64,000 bases of DNA from Dehalococcoidia bacterium (GTDB lineage Bacteria; Chloroflexota; Dehalococcoidia; SM23-28-2; RBG-16-64-32), in contig CAXXTF010000001.1 of NCBI GenBank assembly GCA_963665775.2, positions 448,001 to 512,000 of the forward strand. The letters are read 5' to 3'. Position numbers and translations under genes: made by a program. How positions within the stretch are numbered: position 1 is the first letter of the stretch; each line of letters begins with the position of its first letter. Shown piece by piece: positions 29,550 through 40,304 of this stretch. The notes below the pieces were generated by a model that was not told where the DNA came from, did not search any database, and saw only the letters and a list, made by a program, of their open reading frames with translations.

Positions 29550-30701
29550 ATGGCAGGCAAGAGCGTAGTTATCGTTGGTGGCGGCGTCGGCGGCGTGGTG
29601 GCCGCCAATCGCTTGCGGCGTATGCTCCCCAGCGAGCACCGCATCGTCTTGGTGGACCGGACCCCCTGGCACTCCTTCGCCCCATCCTTCATGTGGGTGG
29701 CGACTGGGCAGCGTGACCCCAGCCGCATCACGCGAGACCTGCGCTCGCTTAGCCGCAAGGGAATAGAGTTCCGGATCTCGGAGGTTATGGAACTGGACCT
29801 CGCCAACAAGAAGGTCCGCCTGGAGCAGCAAGAGCTCACCTACGACTATCTCGTCGTCGCCCTGGGCGCCCAGTACTCGTCCGACGAGATCCCGGGGCTC
29901 AACAAGGCCTGGACCTATTACCACCTGGAGGGGGCGGAGGGGCTGCGCGATGAGCTGCCTAACTTCAAGGCCGGCCGCGTTGCCATAGTCGTGAGCTCGA
30001 TGCCCTATAAGTGCCCGGCCGCCCCGTACGAGGGCGCCCTGATTCTGGACCAGCACTTCCGCCGCCGGGGCATCCGCGCCGATGTGGAGATCAGGCTCTT
30101 CACCCCGGAACCCTATCCGCTGCCCGTGGCCGGACAGGGCGCGGGGCAGATGGTAATCGACCTGCTAGCCAGCCGCGAGATCGCGTTCAGCCCGGGGCTC
30201 CGGCTGAAGAGTGTCGACCAGCAGTCCAAGAAGCTGGCGTTCGAGGACGGCAGCGAGGCCGACTTCGACCTTCTCGTGGCCACCCCTGTACACCGGGTCC
30301 CTGATGTGCTACAGGCCGCGGGCCTGGCCAAGGATGGCGGCTGGGTCTCCGTGGACCGGGAGACTCTGGCCACCCAGTTCGATGATGTCTACGCCGTCGG
30401 CGATGCCACGGCTGTCCCCCTGTCCAACGGGATGATGCTGCCCAAGGCGGGCGTGTTCGCGCACGGCGAGGCCGAGGTAGTGGCCCGTAACATCGCGGCG
30501 GAGATCAAGGGCGGGCGGCCCGACTGGGGGTTCGGCGGCCAGGGGGCCTGTTTCCTGGAGACGGGATACGGCAAGGCCGCCTTCGCCGAAGGTAACTTCT
30601 TCGCCGAGCCCAATCCGGACGTAGCCCTTCGCGCCCCCAGCCGCTTCCGGCGCTGGCAGAAGCTGGGCTTAGAGCGCACGTGGCTGTGGCGCTCGTTCTA
30701 G
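29550..30701 (+). CDS. FAD-dependent oxidoreductase, sulfide:quinone oxidoreductase-like
   Basis: GGGVGG FAD motif, YKCPAAPYE, YAVGDA, LPKAGVFA, CFLETG. Confidence 0.8.
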   Translation: MAGKSVVIVGGGVGGVVAANRLRRMLPSEHRIVLVDRTPWHSFAPSFMWVATGQRDPSRITRDLRSLSRKGIEFRISEVMELDLANKKVRLEQQELTYDYLVVALGAQYSSDEIPGLNKAWTYYHLEGAEGLRDELPNFKAGRVAIVVSSMPYKCPAAPYEGALILDQHFRRRGIRADVEIRLFTPEPYPLPVAGQGAGQMVIDLLASREIAFSPGLRLKSVDQQSKKLAFEDGSEADFDLLVATPVHRVPDVLQAAGLAKDGGWVSVDRETLATQFDDVYAVGDATAVPLSNGMMLPKAGVFAHGEAEVVARNIAAEIKGGRPDWGFGGQGACFLETGYGKAAFAEGNFFAEPNPDVALRAPSRFRRWQKLGLERTWLWRSF

Positions 30702-30803
30702 GCCTAGCGTGATGCAGGCCGCGCCTGTTGCGGCGTCGACTCCAGATAGGCTACTATGGTTTAGCTATAGGGCCGCCGGTTCCTCGTAGGGGTTAGAGTC
30801 AGG

Positions 30804-31820
30804 ATGTCCAAGCCGTATAACGTCGCCGTAGTCGGGGCCACCGGGCTGGTGGGCCAGGAGTTCCTCAGGATCGCCCTTCAGCGGCGATTCCCTATCAAGG
30901 CTCTGCGCCTGCTCGCCTCCAGCCGCTCCGCTGGCCGCCGCCTGGCCGTCGGCGAGCGGGAAATCGAGGTGGAAGAGACCACCGCTCGCTCCTTCGACGG
31001 GGTCGACCTCGCCTTCTTCTCCGCTACGACCGAGGTTTCCCACCAGCTCGTTCCCGCTGCCGTCAAGGCGGGTGCCATCGTCATCGATGACAGCTCCGCC
31101 TGGCGCATGGAGCCCAACGTTCCCCTGGTCGTGCCCGAGGTCAACGCCGCCGATCTGGACGGGCATGAGGGGATCATCTCCATTCCCAATTGTCCTACCA
31201 CGCCCCTGGTCCAGACCATCTGGCCCCTGCATAAGATCAACCCGGTCAAGCGGATTATCGTGGACACGTACCAGTCGGTCTCCGGTACCGGCGCCCAGGC
31301 GCTGGGGGAGTTGACCGACCAGACGCGCGCCATCCTGGACGGAAAAAGGACCAGCGCCCACGTCTACCCCCACCAGATCGGCTTCAACCTGCTCCCGCAC
31401 ATAGACGTCTTCCTGGGCAGCGGCTACACCAGGGAAGAGTGGAAGGTTATCAACGAGACGAAGAAGATCATGCACGAGCCGGACCTGGCCATCTCCGCCA
31501 CCTGCGTCCGGGTGCCTGTCTACATAAGTCACTCAGAGGCGGTGCACGTGGAGTTCAGCCGTCCCATGAGCCCGGATGATGTCCAAGACACCCTCCGGGA
31601 GGCTCCCGGGATAATCGTACTGGACGAGCCCTCCGTGAACCTCTATCCCACCCCCGTTGCCGTCGCCGGCAAGGACGACACCTACGTGGGGCGCATCCGC
31701 CAGGACGCTTCTCACCCCAACGGCATCGCATTCTGGCTGGTCAGCGATAACCTGCGCAAGGGCGCCGCCCTCAACGCTATCCAGATCGCTGAAGAACTGG
31801 TCGCCCGCAACTTGATCTAG
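30804..31820 (+). CDS. asd: Aspartate-semialdehyde dehydrogenase
   Basis: VVGATGLVG, PNCPT, YQSVSG, ATCVRVP, DNLRKGAALN. Confidence 0.96.
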   Translation: MSKPYNVAVVGATGLVGQEFLRIALQRRFPIKALRLLASSRSAGRRLAVGEREIEVEETTARSFDGVDLAFFSATTEVSHQLVPAAVKAGAIVIDDSSAWRMEPNVPLVVPEVNAADLDGHEGIISIPNCPTTPLVQTIWPLHKINPVKRIIVDTYQSVSGTGAQALGELTDQTRAILDGKRTSAHVYPHQIGFNLLPHIDVFLGSGYTREEWKVINETKKIMHEPDLAISATCVRVPVYISHSEAVHVEFSRPMSPDDVQDTLREAPGIIVLDEPSVNLYPTPVAVAGKDDTYVGRIRQDASHPNGIAFWLVSDNLRKGAALNAIQIAEELVARNLI

Positions 31821-31872
31821 GCTGGCCGCGGATGGACACAAATGGTCGCTGAGCACTAAAGGAGGCCCCGCC

Positions 31873-32769
31873 ATGGAGATCGGTCGGCTCCTCACCGCTA
31901 TGGTCACCCCCTTTGACAAGGGTGGGCAAGTGGACTACGGGCAGGCCCAGCGTCTGGCCCTGGCCCTTCTCGACTCCGGCAGCGACGGCGTCGTCGTCGC
32001 CGGCACCACCGGCGAGGCGCCCACCCTCTCCCACGAGGAGAAGCTCAAACTCTTCGCCGAGGTGAAGCGGGCGGTGGACGGACGGGGCACCGTTATCGCC
32101 GGCACCGGCACCTACAACACGGCCGAAAGCGTGGCCTTCTCGCGGGAGGCCGCCGGCGCCGGCGTCGACGGCTTCCTCCTCACCGTGCCGTACTACAACC
32201 GGCCCACTCAGGAGGGGCTCTATCGTCACTTTGAGGCGATCGCCGGTGGTGCTCCGCTTCCCTGCATCCTCTATAACATTCCCGGCCGTACCGGCGTCAA
32301 CATGACGGCGGAGACCACCCTCCGCCTCTCGCGCATCCCCAACATCGTCGGCGTGAAGGAGGCCTCCGGCGACCTCCTTCAGATCGCCCGCATCATCGCC
32401 GACGCCCGCGATGGGTTCCACGTCTGGAGCGGCGACGACCAGATGACGCTGCCCATCCTGGCTGTGGGCGGCTACGGTGCGATCTGCGTCGTCTCTCACC
32501 TGACCGGCGCCCAGATGCACGATATGATCGACTCCTTGCTCGCCGGTCGCGTCGAGCATGCCGCGGCCATCCACCGAGGGCTTCTGCCACTCATGACCAC
32601 CCTGATGACCGAGGCCAGCAACCCGATCCCGATCAAGCACGCCCTTAACGGCATCGGCTTCCAGGTTGGCGCCCCTCGCCTGCCCCTGATCGAGCCCGAT
32701 CAGGGCGCCGCCGAGCAGATCATGGCGGAGGTGCGCCGCCACCGCATCGACCTGTCCGTGGCCGTGTAG
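31873..32769 (+). CDS. dapA: 4-hydroxy-tetrahydrodipicolinate synthase
   Basis: TAMVTPF, GTTGE, PYYN, LYNIPGRT, GVKEASG, SGDD. Confidence 0.96.
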   Translation: MEIGRLLTAMVTPFDKGGQVDYGQAQRLALALLDSGSDGVVVAGTTGEAPTLSHEEKLKLFAEVKRAVDGRGTVIAGTGTYNTAESVAFSREAAGAGVDGFLLTVPYYNRPTQEGLYRHFEAIAGGAPLPCILYNIPGRTGVNMTAETTLRLSRIPNIVGVKEASGDLLQIARIIADARDGFHVWSGDDQMTLPILAVGGYGAICVVSHLTGAQMHDMIDSLLAGRVEHAAAIHRGLLPLMTTLMTEASNPIPIKHALNGIGFQVGAPRLPLIEPDQGAAEQIMAEVRRHRIDLSVAV

Positions 32770-32851
32770 CATGCTAAGGGCCCGCTTAGCCCCATGTAGG
32801 CCCTCATACGCTGTCCCATGCGCGTCAGCCCCCTCCAGAGGCCCACCCTCT

Positions 32852-32880
32852 TTGACCCCTGCCGCTGTGCTGGCTATCAT
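32852..32880 (+). promoter_or_regulatory. sigma70-type promoter for pepA
   Basis: TTGACC-17 nt-TATCAT. Confidence 0.6.
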
Positions 32881-32941
32881 GGCCGTGCGTAGGCGAATAA
32901 TGTCGTAAATCAAACGGATCCTCTCTTGGAAGGAGCGAGTC

Positions 32942-34447
32942 GTGGAGATCAAGGTCGAAGCAGGCGATATTGTCCAGCATCCGGCCAAGGCGATCATCGT
33001 CAACCTGTTCGACGGCGTGCGCAGCCCCGGCGGCGCCACGGGGGCGGTGGATAAAGCCCTGGGCGACGGCATCAGCCAACTCATCACTGAGGGCGAGATC
33101 AAGGGTAAAGGGGGCGAGCTCACCGTCATCCACTCCCTGGGCCGCTTGCCCTCGCCTCGGGTTCTGGTGGCCGGGCTGGGTAAGGATAGCGAGTTCAACC
33201 ACGGCACCATCCGCGATCTGACCGGCGCTGCCCTTCGGCGTCTGCGCGGCGCCGGCGCCTCCAGCGTGGCGACCATCCTCCATGGCGCCGGCATCGCTGG
33301 GCTGGAGCCCGAGGTCTCCGCTCAGGCGATCGCCGAGGGCGCGATTATGGGGTCGTACCGTTTCACCCGTCACAAGCAGAACGAGGATGATGGGAAGGAG
33401 ATCGACTCGCTCTCGATTGTAGAGTCCGATCAGTCGAAGCTAGAGGCGATCCGCCGGGGGGTGGAAAAGGGGCAGGTCATGGCTGACGCGGCGAACCACG
33501 CCCGCGATATGGCCAATGAGCCGGCCAACGTACTGACGCCCACGGCCATGGCGGAGCGGGCGCAAACCCTGGCTGCTGACGTCGGTCTGGACTGCCAGGT
33601 CCTGGAGCAAGAGGAGATGGAAGAGTTGGGCATGGGCGCCCTGCTGGGGGTGGCCGCCGGCTCAATACAGCCGCCCAGGTTCATCGTGTTGCGCTACCGG
33701 GGGAGGCCGGACAGCGACGAGACGTTGGGTCTTCTGGGGAAGGGGATCACCTTCGATTCTGGTGGCATTTCCATCAAGCCCGCCGCCGGAATGGAGGAGA
33801 TGAAGGGCGATATGTCTGGTGGCGCCGCCGTCATCGCCGCCATGTGGGCCCTGGGCAAGCTGCGGCCCGCCATCAACGTCACCGCTCTGGTTCCGGCTAC
33901 GGAGAACATGCCCTCCGGCTCTGCCACCAAGCCCGGCGACGTGCACCGCGCCATGAACGGCAAGACGATCGAGGTGATCAACACCGACGCCGAGGGTCGC
34001 CTCGTCCTGGCCGACGCCGTCTGCTACGCCCGCCGCGAGAAGCTCTCGCCCATCATCGATGTGGCCACCCTGACGGGCGCGATGCAGGTGGCCCTGGGGA
34101 CCTCCGCCACAGGCTTCATGGCCACCGAGGATGGCCTGGCCGGGGCCGTGACGGCGGCCGGTGACGACGCCGGCGAGATGATGTGGCGCTTCCCCCTCAT
34201 AGCCGAGTACAGCGAGAGCCTGAAGAGCGGCGTGGCGGACATCAAGAACACCGGCAACCGCTTCGGCGGGGCGATCAGCGCCGCCAAGTTCATCCAGTTC
34301 TTCGTGGAGGACACCCCCTGGGTGCACATAGACATGGCGCCAACGGACAACGTGGATACGGACAAGGGCGCTTGGGTGAAGGGGGCCACCGGCATCCCCA
34401 CACGGACGCTGGTCAACGTCATGCTGGGGATGGCGAAGGCGAAGTAG
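32942..34447 (+). CDS. pepA: Leucyl aminopeptidase (M17)
   Basis: GKGITFDSGG, MKGDM, NTDAEGRL. Confidence 0.95.
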   Translation: MEIKVEAGDIVQHPAKAIIVNLFDGVRSPGGATGAVDKALGDGISQLITEGEIKGKGGELTVIHSLGRLPSPRVLVAGLGKDSEFNHGTIRDLTGAALRRLRGAGASSVATILHGAGIAGLEPEVSAQAIAEGAIMGSYRFTRHKQNEDDGKEIDSLSIVESDQSKLEAIRRGVEKGQVMADAANHARDMANEPANVLTPTAMAERAQTLAADVGLDCQVLEQEEMEELGMGALLGVAAGSIQPPRFIVLRYRGRPDSDETLGLLGKGITFDSGGISIKPAAGMEEMKGDMSGGAAVIAAMWALGKLRPAINVTALVPATENMPSGSATKPGDVHRAMNGKTIEVINTDAEGRLVLADAVCYARREKLSPIIDVATLTGAMQVALGTSATGFMATEDGLAGAVTAAGDDAGEMMWRFPLIAEYSESLKSGVADIKNTGNRFGGAISAAKFIQFFVEDTPWVHIDMAPTDNVDTDKGAWVKGATGIPTRTLVNVMLGMAKAK

Positions 34448-34487
34448 GCCCGTCTGCCGCGTCCGCCGCGGCCCCGCAGATGCGCCC

Positions 34488-35300
34488 CTAGGCCTTGCTG
34501 GCGACGATCAGCAACCAGTTGCGGGGCGAGCTCGTGAGGCCGAGGTCGGCGAAGGCTTCGCGGGCCCCCTCCTTGAGCGCCTCGCTCCCCTCTTTCAGAG
34601 GGACCCCGGGCAGGACCCCCTCAATCCAGAGGCTGTACTCGCTGATGTCCTCCAACGCCTTCAGGGACATCTTGACCTGTACTACCTCTTTCTCCTTCAC
34701 CCGGAACCCGTGATCTCTCAGCAGCTGCAGGTACTCTTCCTCGCTGAGGCGGACTCGCGCTTCCACCTTGTGGCGCTCGGGCGTCAGGTCATAGCGTCTC
34801 TTGAGAACCCGCATGGCCCTCATCATCCAGCGGCGATAGAACTGCTCCGCCTCCGGCGGCTCCGCTCCCTGGTAGAAGGAGGTGTTGAAGGAGAAGGTGC
34901 CGCCTTGCCGCAGGGTGCCTGCCACCTCCTTCATCGCTTCGGCCTTCTCCCTAACGAGGTGGATGGCGTTGCAGAAGAAAACGGCGTCGGCGGGGCGGCG
35001 GACCAGCAGGGAGAGCTTCTCGCCCCTCCCATGTACGAAGCTCACTACGGCGCCGCGGATGTTCTCCAGGTTGCGGCGGGCCATGTCCAAGGCCGACTCC
35101 GACGGCTCCACCGCGATCACCTCGGCCCCGGGACTGGAGGCCACCTCTGCCACCAACAGGCGGGTTACGGTGCCCGTGCCGGCGCCCAGGTCCACCACTA
35201 GCTGACCCGGCCGCAGGGCGGCCAGGGCTATCAGCCTCCGGTTCACCTCTTGGTAGAAGGGGTGTTGGGCGAACTTATCTAGAGTGAATGCCTCCGGCAT
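34488..35300 (-). CDS. Class I SAM-dependent methyltransferase
   Basis: VVDLGAGTG, VEPS, CNAIH; start at MPEAFTL after an AAGGAGG SD. Confidence 0.85.
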   Translation of the reverse strand: MPEAFTLDKFAQHPFYQEVNRRLIALAALRPGQLVVDLGAGTGTVTRLLVAEVASSPGAEVIAVEPSESALDMARRNLENIRGAVVSFVHGRGEKLSLLVRRPADAVFFCNAIHLVREKAEAMKEVAGTLRQGGTFSFNTSFYQGAEPPEAEQFYRRWMMRAMRVLKRRYDLTPERHKVEARVRLSEEEYLQLLRDHGFRVKEKEVVQVKMSLKALEDISEYSLWIEGVLPGVPLKEGSEALKEGAREAFADLGLTSSPRNWLLIVASKA

Positions 35301-35495
35301 AGCCGTCCTCCTTATGGCCTCATCGCTCTGGCGGCGCCATCCTCCAGCGGGGCTTATCTCTGGTGGCGCATTCCCCTGATCCTCCTCGTGCATACCTGAG
35401 TTTACGCTAAATCTGATCTTACTGGCTATTCGGCCCGATAACTGCCCTGGTTCGTAAGTGTGACATGATGGTGAAACGCTTGACAGCGCCTCATT

Positions 35496-36701
35496 TTACC
35501 GCCGGGCCTTCCCCTCCAGCATCTGAACGACCCTATCGAGGATACGGCCCGCGACATCGTACTTGGACATGAGTGGAAGGTCATCCTCGTCGCCGTCAGG
35601 GCTCAGGAGCGTCACCTTATTGGTGTCGGTGCCGAAGCCGGAGCCCTCGGCGGCGATGTTGTTGGCGGCGATGAGGTCCAGCCTCTTGGCCTGGAGCTTC
35701 TGGCGCGCGTTGGCCAGCAGCTCCTCGCTCTCGGCGGCGAAGCCCACCTTCACCAACCCGTCCGGTACCTCCAACAGGAAGTCGGGATTCTTGACGAGAT
35801 CCAGGGCCCAGCGCTCGGGCCCCTTCTTCACCTTCTGTTCGGCCCGCTCTGCCGGTCGGTAATCGGACACCGCCGCGGCCATGATGAGGACATCGGCCTC
35901 CCGGCAGGCGGCCAGCACGGCCTCGCGCATCTGGGCTACTGTCTCCACCGGCGCCAACGCCACGCCGTAGGGGCAGGGCATAGTAGTCACCGTGGACACC
36001 AGCGAAACGTCAGCGCCGCGGTCGCGGGCGGCCTCGGCCAGGGCGAAGCCCATCTTGCCCGAAGAGTGGTTGCTGATGAACCGCACCGGGTCGATGGCCT
36101 CCCGGGTGCCGCCGGCGCTCACCACGACCTTCTTACCCGCCAGATCGCCGTCCCTGCCCAGCGCCTGTCTGACGGCTCCCAGGATGGTCTCGACCTCCGA
36201 CAGGCGGCCACGTCCCATCTGCCCCGAGGCCAGACGCCCCTCCTCCGGCCCGACGATGTGAACGCCGCGGGCCCGCAGAATCTCCAGGTTGGCCTGGGTA
36301 GCGGCATGCTCGAACATCTGCGAGTCCATCGCTGGGCAGACGACCATGGGAGCGCGGGTGGCCAGGGCCGTGAGGCTGACCATCTCCTCGGCTAGGCCCA
36401 GGGCCAGGCGGGCCAGGCTAGTGGCCGCGGCGGGCGCCACTACCAGGATATCGGCCCGGCGGGCCAGCTCTATGTGTAGCTCGGCGGCGCCGGGGGGCGT
36501 GTCGAACATATCGCTGTAGGCGCGGCGACCGGTAACGCCCTCGAAAGTGAGAGGCGAGACGAAGCGAGTGGCTTCCGAACTCATTACCACGTCCACTCTG
36601 GCCCCGGCCTGGGTCAGCTTGCTGGCCAGATCCGCCGTCTTATATGCGGCGATGCTGCCGGTCACCCCCAGTACCACGTTTCGCTCGGTCAGGTTGTACA
36701 T
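35496..36701 (-). CDS. coaBC: Bifunctional phosphopantothenoylcysteine decarboxylase/synthase
   Basis: [42 protein letters not shown]. Confidence 0.95.
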   Translation of the reverse strand: MYNLTERNVVLGVTGSIAAYKTADLASKLTQAGARVDVVMSSEATRFVSPLTFEGVTGRRAYSDMFDTPPGAAELHIELARRADILVVAPAAATSLARLALGLAEEMVSLTALATRAPMVVCPAMDSQMFEHAATQANLEILRARGVHIVGPEEGRLASGQMGRGRLSEVETILGAVRQALGRDGDLAGKKVVVSAGGTREAIDPVRFISNHSSGKMGFALAEAARDRGADVSLVSTVTTMPCPYGVALAPVETVAQMREAVLAACREADVLIMAAAVSDYRPAERAEQKVKKGPERWALDLVKNPDFLLEVPDGLVKVGFAAESEELLANARQKLQAKRLDLIAANNIAAEGSGFGTDTNKVTLLSPDGDEDDLPLMSKYDVAGRILDRVVQMLEGKARR

Positions 36702-36748
36702 CTGCTCTCCCCAATGCCGGGGCGGCGCTCCGGAAGGTATCCTTCCGT

Positions 36749-37528
36749 CTATCCGCGGTTCATATCGTAGATGATGCGCAGCCCCTCCAGGGTCAGGTCC
36801 ATGTTCACGGCATCGATGGCCTTGGTCTCGCGGGCGATGAGACCGGCGTAGCCGCCGGTGGCGATGACCTTGGCTTGGCCGCCCAGCTCTTCCCGGAAGC
36901 GGGCGACGATCCCCTCTACCAGGCCCACGTACCCGAACAGGATGCCCGACTGCATGGCGGCCACCGTATTGCGGCCAATGGCCGACGCGGGACGGCTGAG
37001 CTCCACTCGGTACAGCTTGGCCGTACGCTGGAACAGCGCCTCGGCCGCGATGCCCAGGCCGGGCGCCAGGGCCCCGCCCACGTAGTCCCCCTCCTTGCCG
37101 ATGGCGTCGAACACGGTGGCGGTTCCCATGTCTACCACTATCAGCGGCGCTCCGTAAGAGCGGATCGCCGCCACGGCGTCGGCCACCCGGTCGGCGCCCA
37201 CATCCCTGGGTGCGTCGTAGAGGACGCGCAGGCCAGTGCGCACGCCGGTCCCTATCGCCAGCGGTCTGGTCTTGAAGTAGCGGCGGCACACCCCGTCGAA
37301 GACGGGCTCTAGGTCCGGTACCACACAGGCCATCACGGCACCATCTATATTCTCCGGCGTGATCCCTTCCTGCGCTAGGAGGTTCAGCATCAGTATCCCG
37401 TACTCGTCGGGCAGCTTGCTCAGGTCTGTGGCGAAGCGCCAGGTAGCACGCAGGGAAGCGTCATCGAAGACGCCCAGCGTGACGTTGCTGTTACCTACAT
37501 CCATGGCTAGAAGCACGAAGCGTTTCAC
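36749..37528 (-). CDS. coaX: Type III pantothenate kinase
   Basis: DVGNS, VGADR, VDMGTAT, IATGG, LTLEGL. Confidence 0.95.
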   Translation of the reverse strand: MKRFVLLAMDVGNSNVTLGVFDDASLRATWRFATDLSKLPDEYGILMLNLLAQEGITPENIDGAVMACVVPDLEPVFDGVCRRYFKTRPLAIGTGVRTGLRVLYDAPRDVGADRVADAVAAIRSYGAPLIVVDMGTATVFDAIGKEGDYVGGALAPGLGIAAEALFQRTAKLYRVELSRPASAIGRNTVAAMQSGILFGYVGLVEGIVARFREELGGQAKVIATGGYAGLIARETKAIDAVNMDLTLEGLRIIYDMNRG

Positions 37529-37608
37529 CTCCGGGGCGACGGCCTACACATTATATGCGCGACTACGAACGCCAGCAACGATGCCGGGGGCTACGGCCGG
37601 GCAACCGT

Positions 37609-38967
37609 CTATTCCCGCTGGCGCCAGCGGGTGCCCTCCGGCACGTCCTCCAGGGTGATGCTGAGCTCGCTCAGGCCGGTGCGTACGCTGTCGGCCAGGT
37701 CGTACAGCTTGCGGCTGCGGAGCTCCTTGCGGAGCTCGATGAGAAGGTCGATGAACGGCCCGACGGCAGCGGTTCCCTCAGGCTCCCGCAGGGTGAGGCC
37801 GAGGACGCCGGCCAGCTCGTTGAGGGTGCTCTGGGCGTCATCGACAGTGCGCCCCTCGTCGCGGGCGCGGTTGATGTCGCGGGTCAGGTCGAAGAGGGCG
37901 GCCAGGGCGCCGGCGGCGTTGAGGTCGTCGTCCATCGCCTTGATGAAGCGCTGGCGGGCAGGCTCAGGGTCCACCGTGGGCTGGCCCTGGCCGCCGGGAA
38001 GGGAGGCGGCGAGGCGCAGCCGCTCGGCGGCGCGCTTGGCGGCCGTCAGCGCCTCCTCGGAGTATGTGAGGGGGGCCCGATAGTGGGAGGTGAGGACGAA
38101 GATGCGCACGCCGTCAGAACCGTACTGATCGAGACTTTCGCGGATAGTGATGATGTTGCCCAGGGACTTGCTCATCTTCTCCTGGTCCAGGAAGAGCCAG
38201 CCGTTGTGGACCCAGTGGCGGACGGAGGGCTGGACGCCGGTGGACGCCTCACTCTGGGCGATCTCGTTCTCGTGGTGGGGGAAGATAAGGTCCTGACCGC
38301 CGCCGTGGATGTCCATGGTCTGGCCCAGATAGCGGAGCGACATGGCGGAGCATTCGATGTGCCAGCCCGGACGGCCCGGCCCCCAGGGGCTATCCCAGGC
38401 GGGCTCGCCGGGCTTGGCGGCCTTCCAGAGGGCGAAGTCGGCGGGGTGCACCTTCTTTTCGCTGACCTCCACACGGGTGCCGGCGATCATGCTATCGATG
38501 TCGCGGCCGGAGAGCTTGCCATAATCGGCCTTCTTCAGGACGCGGTAGTAGACGTCGCCGTCCGCCTGATAGGCGTACTCCTTCTCGATGAGGCTGGAGA
38601 CCATTTCGATGATCTGGGGTATCTCCTGTGTGACCCGAGGGTAGACGTGGGCGGGGATGATGTTCATCTCCCCCATCTCCTCTTCGTACTCGTCGATGAA
38701 GCGCTGGGCCAGCTCGTCGAAGCTGAGCCCCTGGGCGTTGGCGCGGGCGATGATCCGGTCGTCGATGTCGGTGTAGTTCTGGACGTGGCGGACCTGGTAG
38801 CCGCGGAACTCCAGGTAGCGGCGGAGGACATCGAAGATAACGTAGCTCATGGCGTGGCCCAGGTGAGCGTGGTCGTAAGGGGTGATGCCACAGACGTACA
38901 TCTTGACCTCGTCGCCGGCGGGGGCGAACTCCTCCCGGCGGCGGGTCATCGTGTTGTAGAGCTTCAC
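37609..38967 (-). CDS. cysS: Cysteine--tRNA ligase
   Basis: MYVCG-x-T-x-Y, HLGH, GRPGWHIECSAM, KMSKS. Confidence 0.97.
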   Translation of the reverse strand: MKLYNTMTRRREEFAPAGDEVKMYVCGITPYDHAHLGHAMSYVIFDVLRRYLEFRGYQVRHVQNYTDIDDRIIARANAQGLSFDELAQRFIDEYEEEMGEMNIIPAHVYPRVTQEIPQIIEMVSSLIEKEYAYQADGDVYYRVLKKADYGKLSGRDIDSMIAGTRVEVSEKKVHPADFALWKAAKPGEPAWDSPWGPGRPGWHIECSAMSLRYLGQTMDIHGGGQDLIFPHHENEIAQSEASTGVQPSVRHWVHNGWLFLDQEKMSKSLGNIITIRESLDQYGSDGVRIFVLTSHYRAPLTYSEEALTAAKRAAERLRLAASLPGGQGQPTVDPEPARQRFIKAMDDDLNAAGALAALFDLTRDINRARDEGRTVDDAQSTLNELAGVLGLTLREPEGTAAVGPFIDLLIELRKELRSRKLYDLADSVRTGLSELSITLEDVPEGTRWRQRE

Positions 38968-38969
38968 GA

Positions 38970-39641
38970 CTACTCCTCGTCGATGGGAACGGAGGCTGGT
39001 TGCGCTTCGCCGCCTTCTAGCTGAGCGATGCGTCCCTCCAGCTGGGCGATGCGGTTCTCCAGACGCTGGATGATGTCCCACTCCGGGTCTGGAAGACGGA
39101 GGATAGTGTCATCGCCCGGGTCGGCGTAGGCGACGATGTGGCCGGGGACGCCCACCACGGTGGCGTTGGCCGGGACGTTGGTGACGACTACGGAGCCGGC
39201 ACCGATCTTGCTGTTATCGCCGATGGTGACGGCGCCGATGATCTTGGCGCCGGCGCCTACGACGACCCTGTGACCCAGGGTGGGGTGGCGCTTGGCGCGG
39301 CGGGTGCTGGTGCCGCCCAGGGTGACGCCCTGGAAGAGGTGGCAGTCGTCGCCGATGACGGTGGTCTCGCCGATGACCAGCCCCATGCCGTGGTCGATGA
39401 AAAACCCCTCGCCGATGCGTGCGCCGGGATGGATCTCGATGCCGGTGAGGGCGCGGCCGAGATGGGAGATGACGCGGGCCGGGAGACAGATGCCCCCGTT
39501 GTGGAGGGTGTGGGCCAAGCGGTGGATCTGGCGGGCGTGGAAGCCCGGGTAGGTCAGGATGACCTCCAAGGAACTGGTAGCGGCGGGATCACGCTGCCGC
39601 GCTGTCCGGATATCTTTCTTAATGCTTTGCAGGAGCCCCAT
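38970..39641 (-). CDS. cysE: Serine O-acetyltransferase
   Basis: [23 protein letters not shown]. Confidence 0.95.
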   Translation of the reverse strand: MGLLQSIKKDIRTARQRDPAATSSLEVILTYPGFHARQIHRLAHTLHNGGICLPARVISHLGRALTGIEIHPGARIGEGFFIDHGMGLVIGETTVIGDDCHLFQGVTLGGTSTRRAKRHPTLGHRVVVGAGAKIIGAVTIGDNSKIGAGSVVVTNVPANATVVGVPGHIVAYADPGDDTILRLPDPEWDIIQRLENRIAQLEGRIAQLEGGEAQPASVPIDEE

Positions 39642-39818
39642 GGGCTCTCCTTACCCTTCTGCGATAACGGCCGACCGTATGGTCGCCCGGGGCCGAATCA
39701 AGTCCCAGCCGTCGGCACTGGCCCTGACATCCCGGTCGGGGCCCGGCTACGGGCGCAGGCCAGGCGGACGTTCTGCCCCGGGGACGGGGGGCCGAGCTCG
39801 CAATCTTCACGGCATCTA

Positions 39819-40295
39819 TTATAGCGATTCGTTGAGTAAGGCCACAGCCAGGGCGGCGATCCCCTCGCCGTGGCCCAGGGCGCCGATCCCCTCGTTGGTG
39901 GTTGCCTTAACGTTCACTCGGTCCGGTGGCGCCCCAAGCGTATCGGCGATTCGCTCGCGCATCCCGGCCAGGTGAGGGGCTAAGCGCGGCCTCTCGGCGA
40001 TGACGGTGGCGTCCACCGATTCCACCCTCAGGCCAGCCTCCGTCACCATGGCCAGGGCGCCGGCCAGGAGCTCCAGGCTGTCGGCGTCCCGGTAGGCGGG
40101 GTCGTCCGCCGGGAAGTGCTGGCCGATGTCCCCAAGGCCGGCGGCGCCCAGCAGGGCGTCGATGATGGCGTGCAGGAGGACGTCGGCGTCGCTGTGCCCC
40201 CCCAGGCCGGTCTCGCCGGGGATGGGGACGCCCCCCAACACCAGGGGCCGTCCCTCCTCGAACCTGTGGATATCGTAGCCGATGCCTATGCGCAT
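39819..40295 (-). CDS. ispF: 2-C-methyl-D-erythritol 2,4-cyclodiphosphate synthase
   Basis: [25 protein letters not shown]. Confidence 0.97.
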   Translation of the reverse strand: MRIGIGYDIHRFEEGRPLVLGGVPIPGETGLGGHSDADVLLHAIIDALLGAAGLGDIGQHFPADDPAYRDADSLELLAGALAMVTEAGLRVESVDATVIAERPRLAPHLAGMRERIADTLGAPPDRVNVKATTNEGIGALGHGEGIAALAVALLNESL

Positions 40296-40304
40296 GGGGA
40301 GAGC

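Noticed and set aside
35496-37289. 597-aa CoaBC with a long N-terminal extension
   Set aside because: The extension is an alternate frame overlapping coaX; the real start is ATG 36701
39642-39818. T-box riboswitch ahead of cysE-cysS
   Set aside because: No GGTGGNACCGCG T-box sequence or terminator; only GC-rich hairpins
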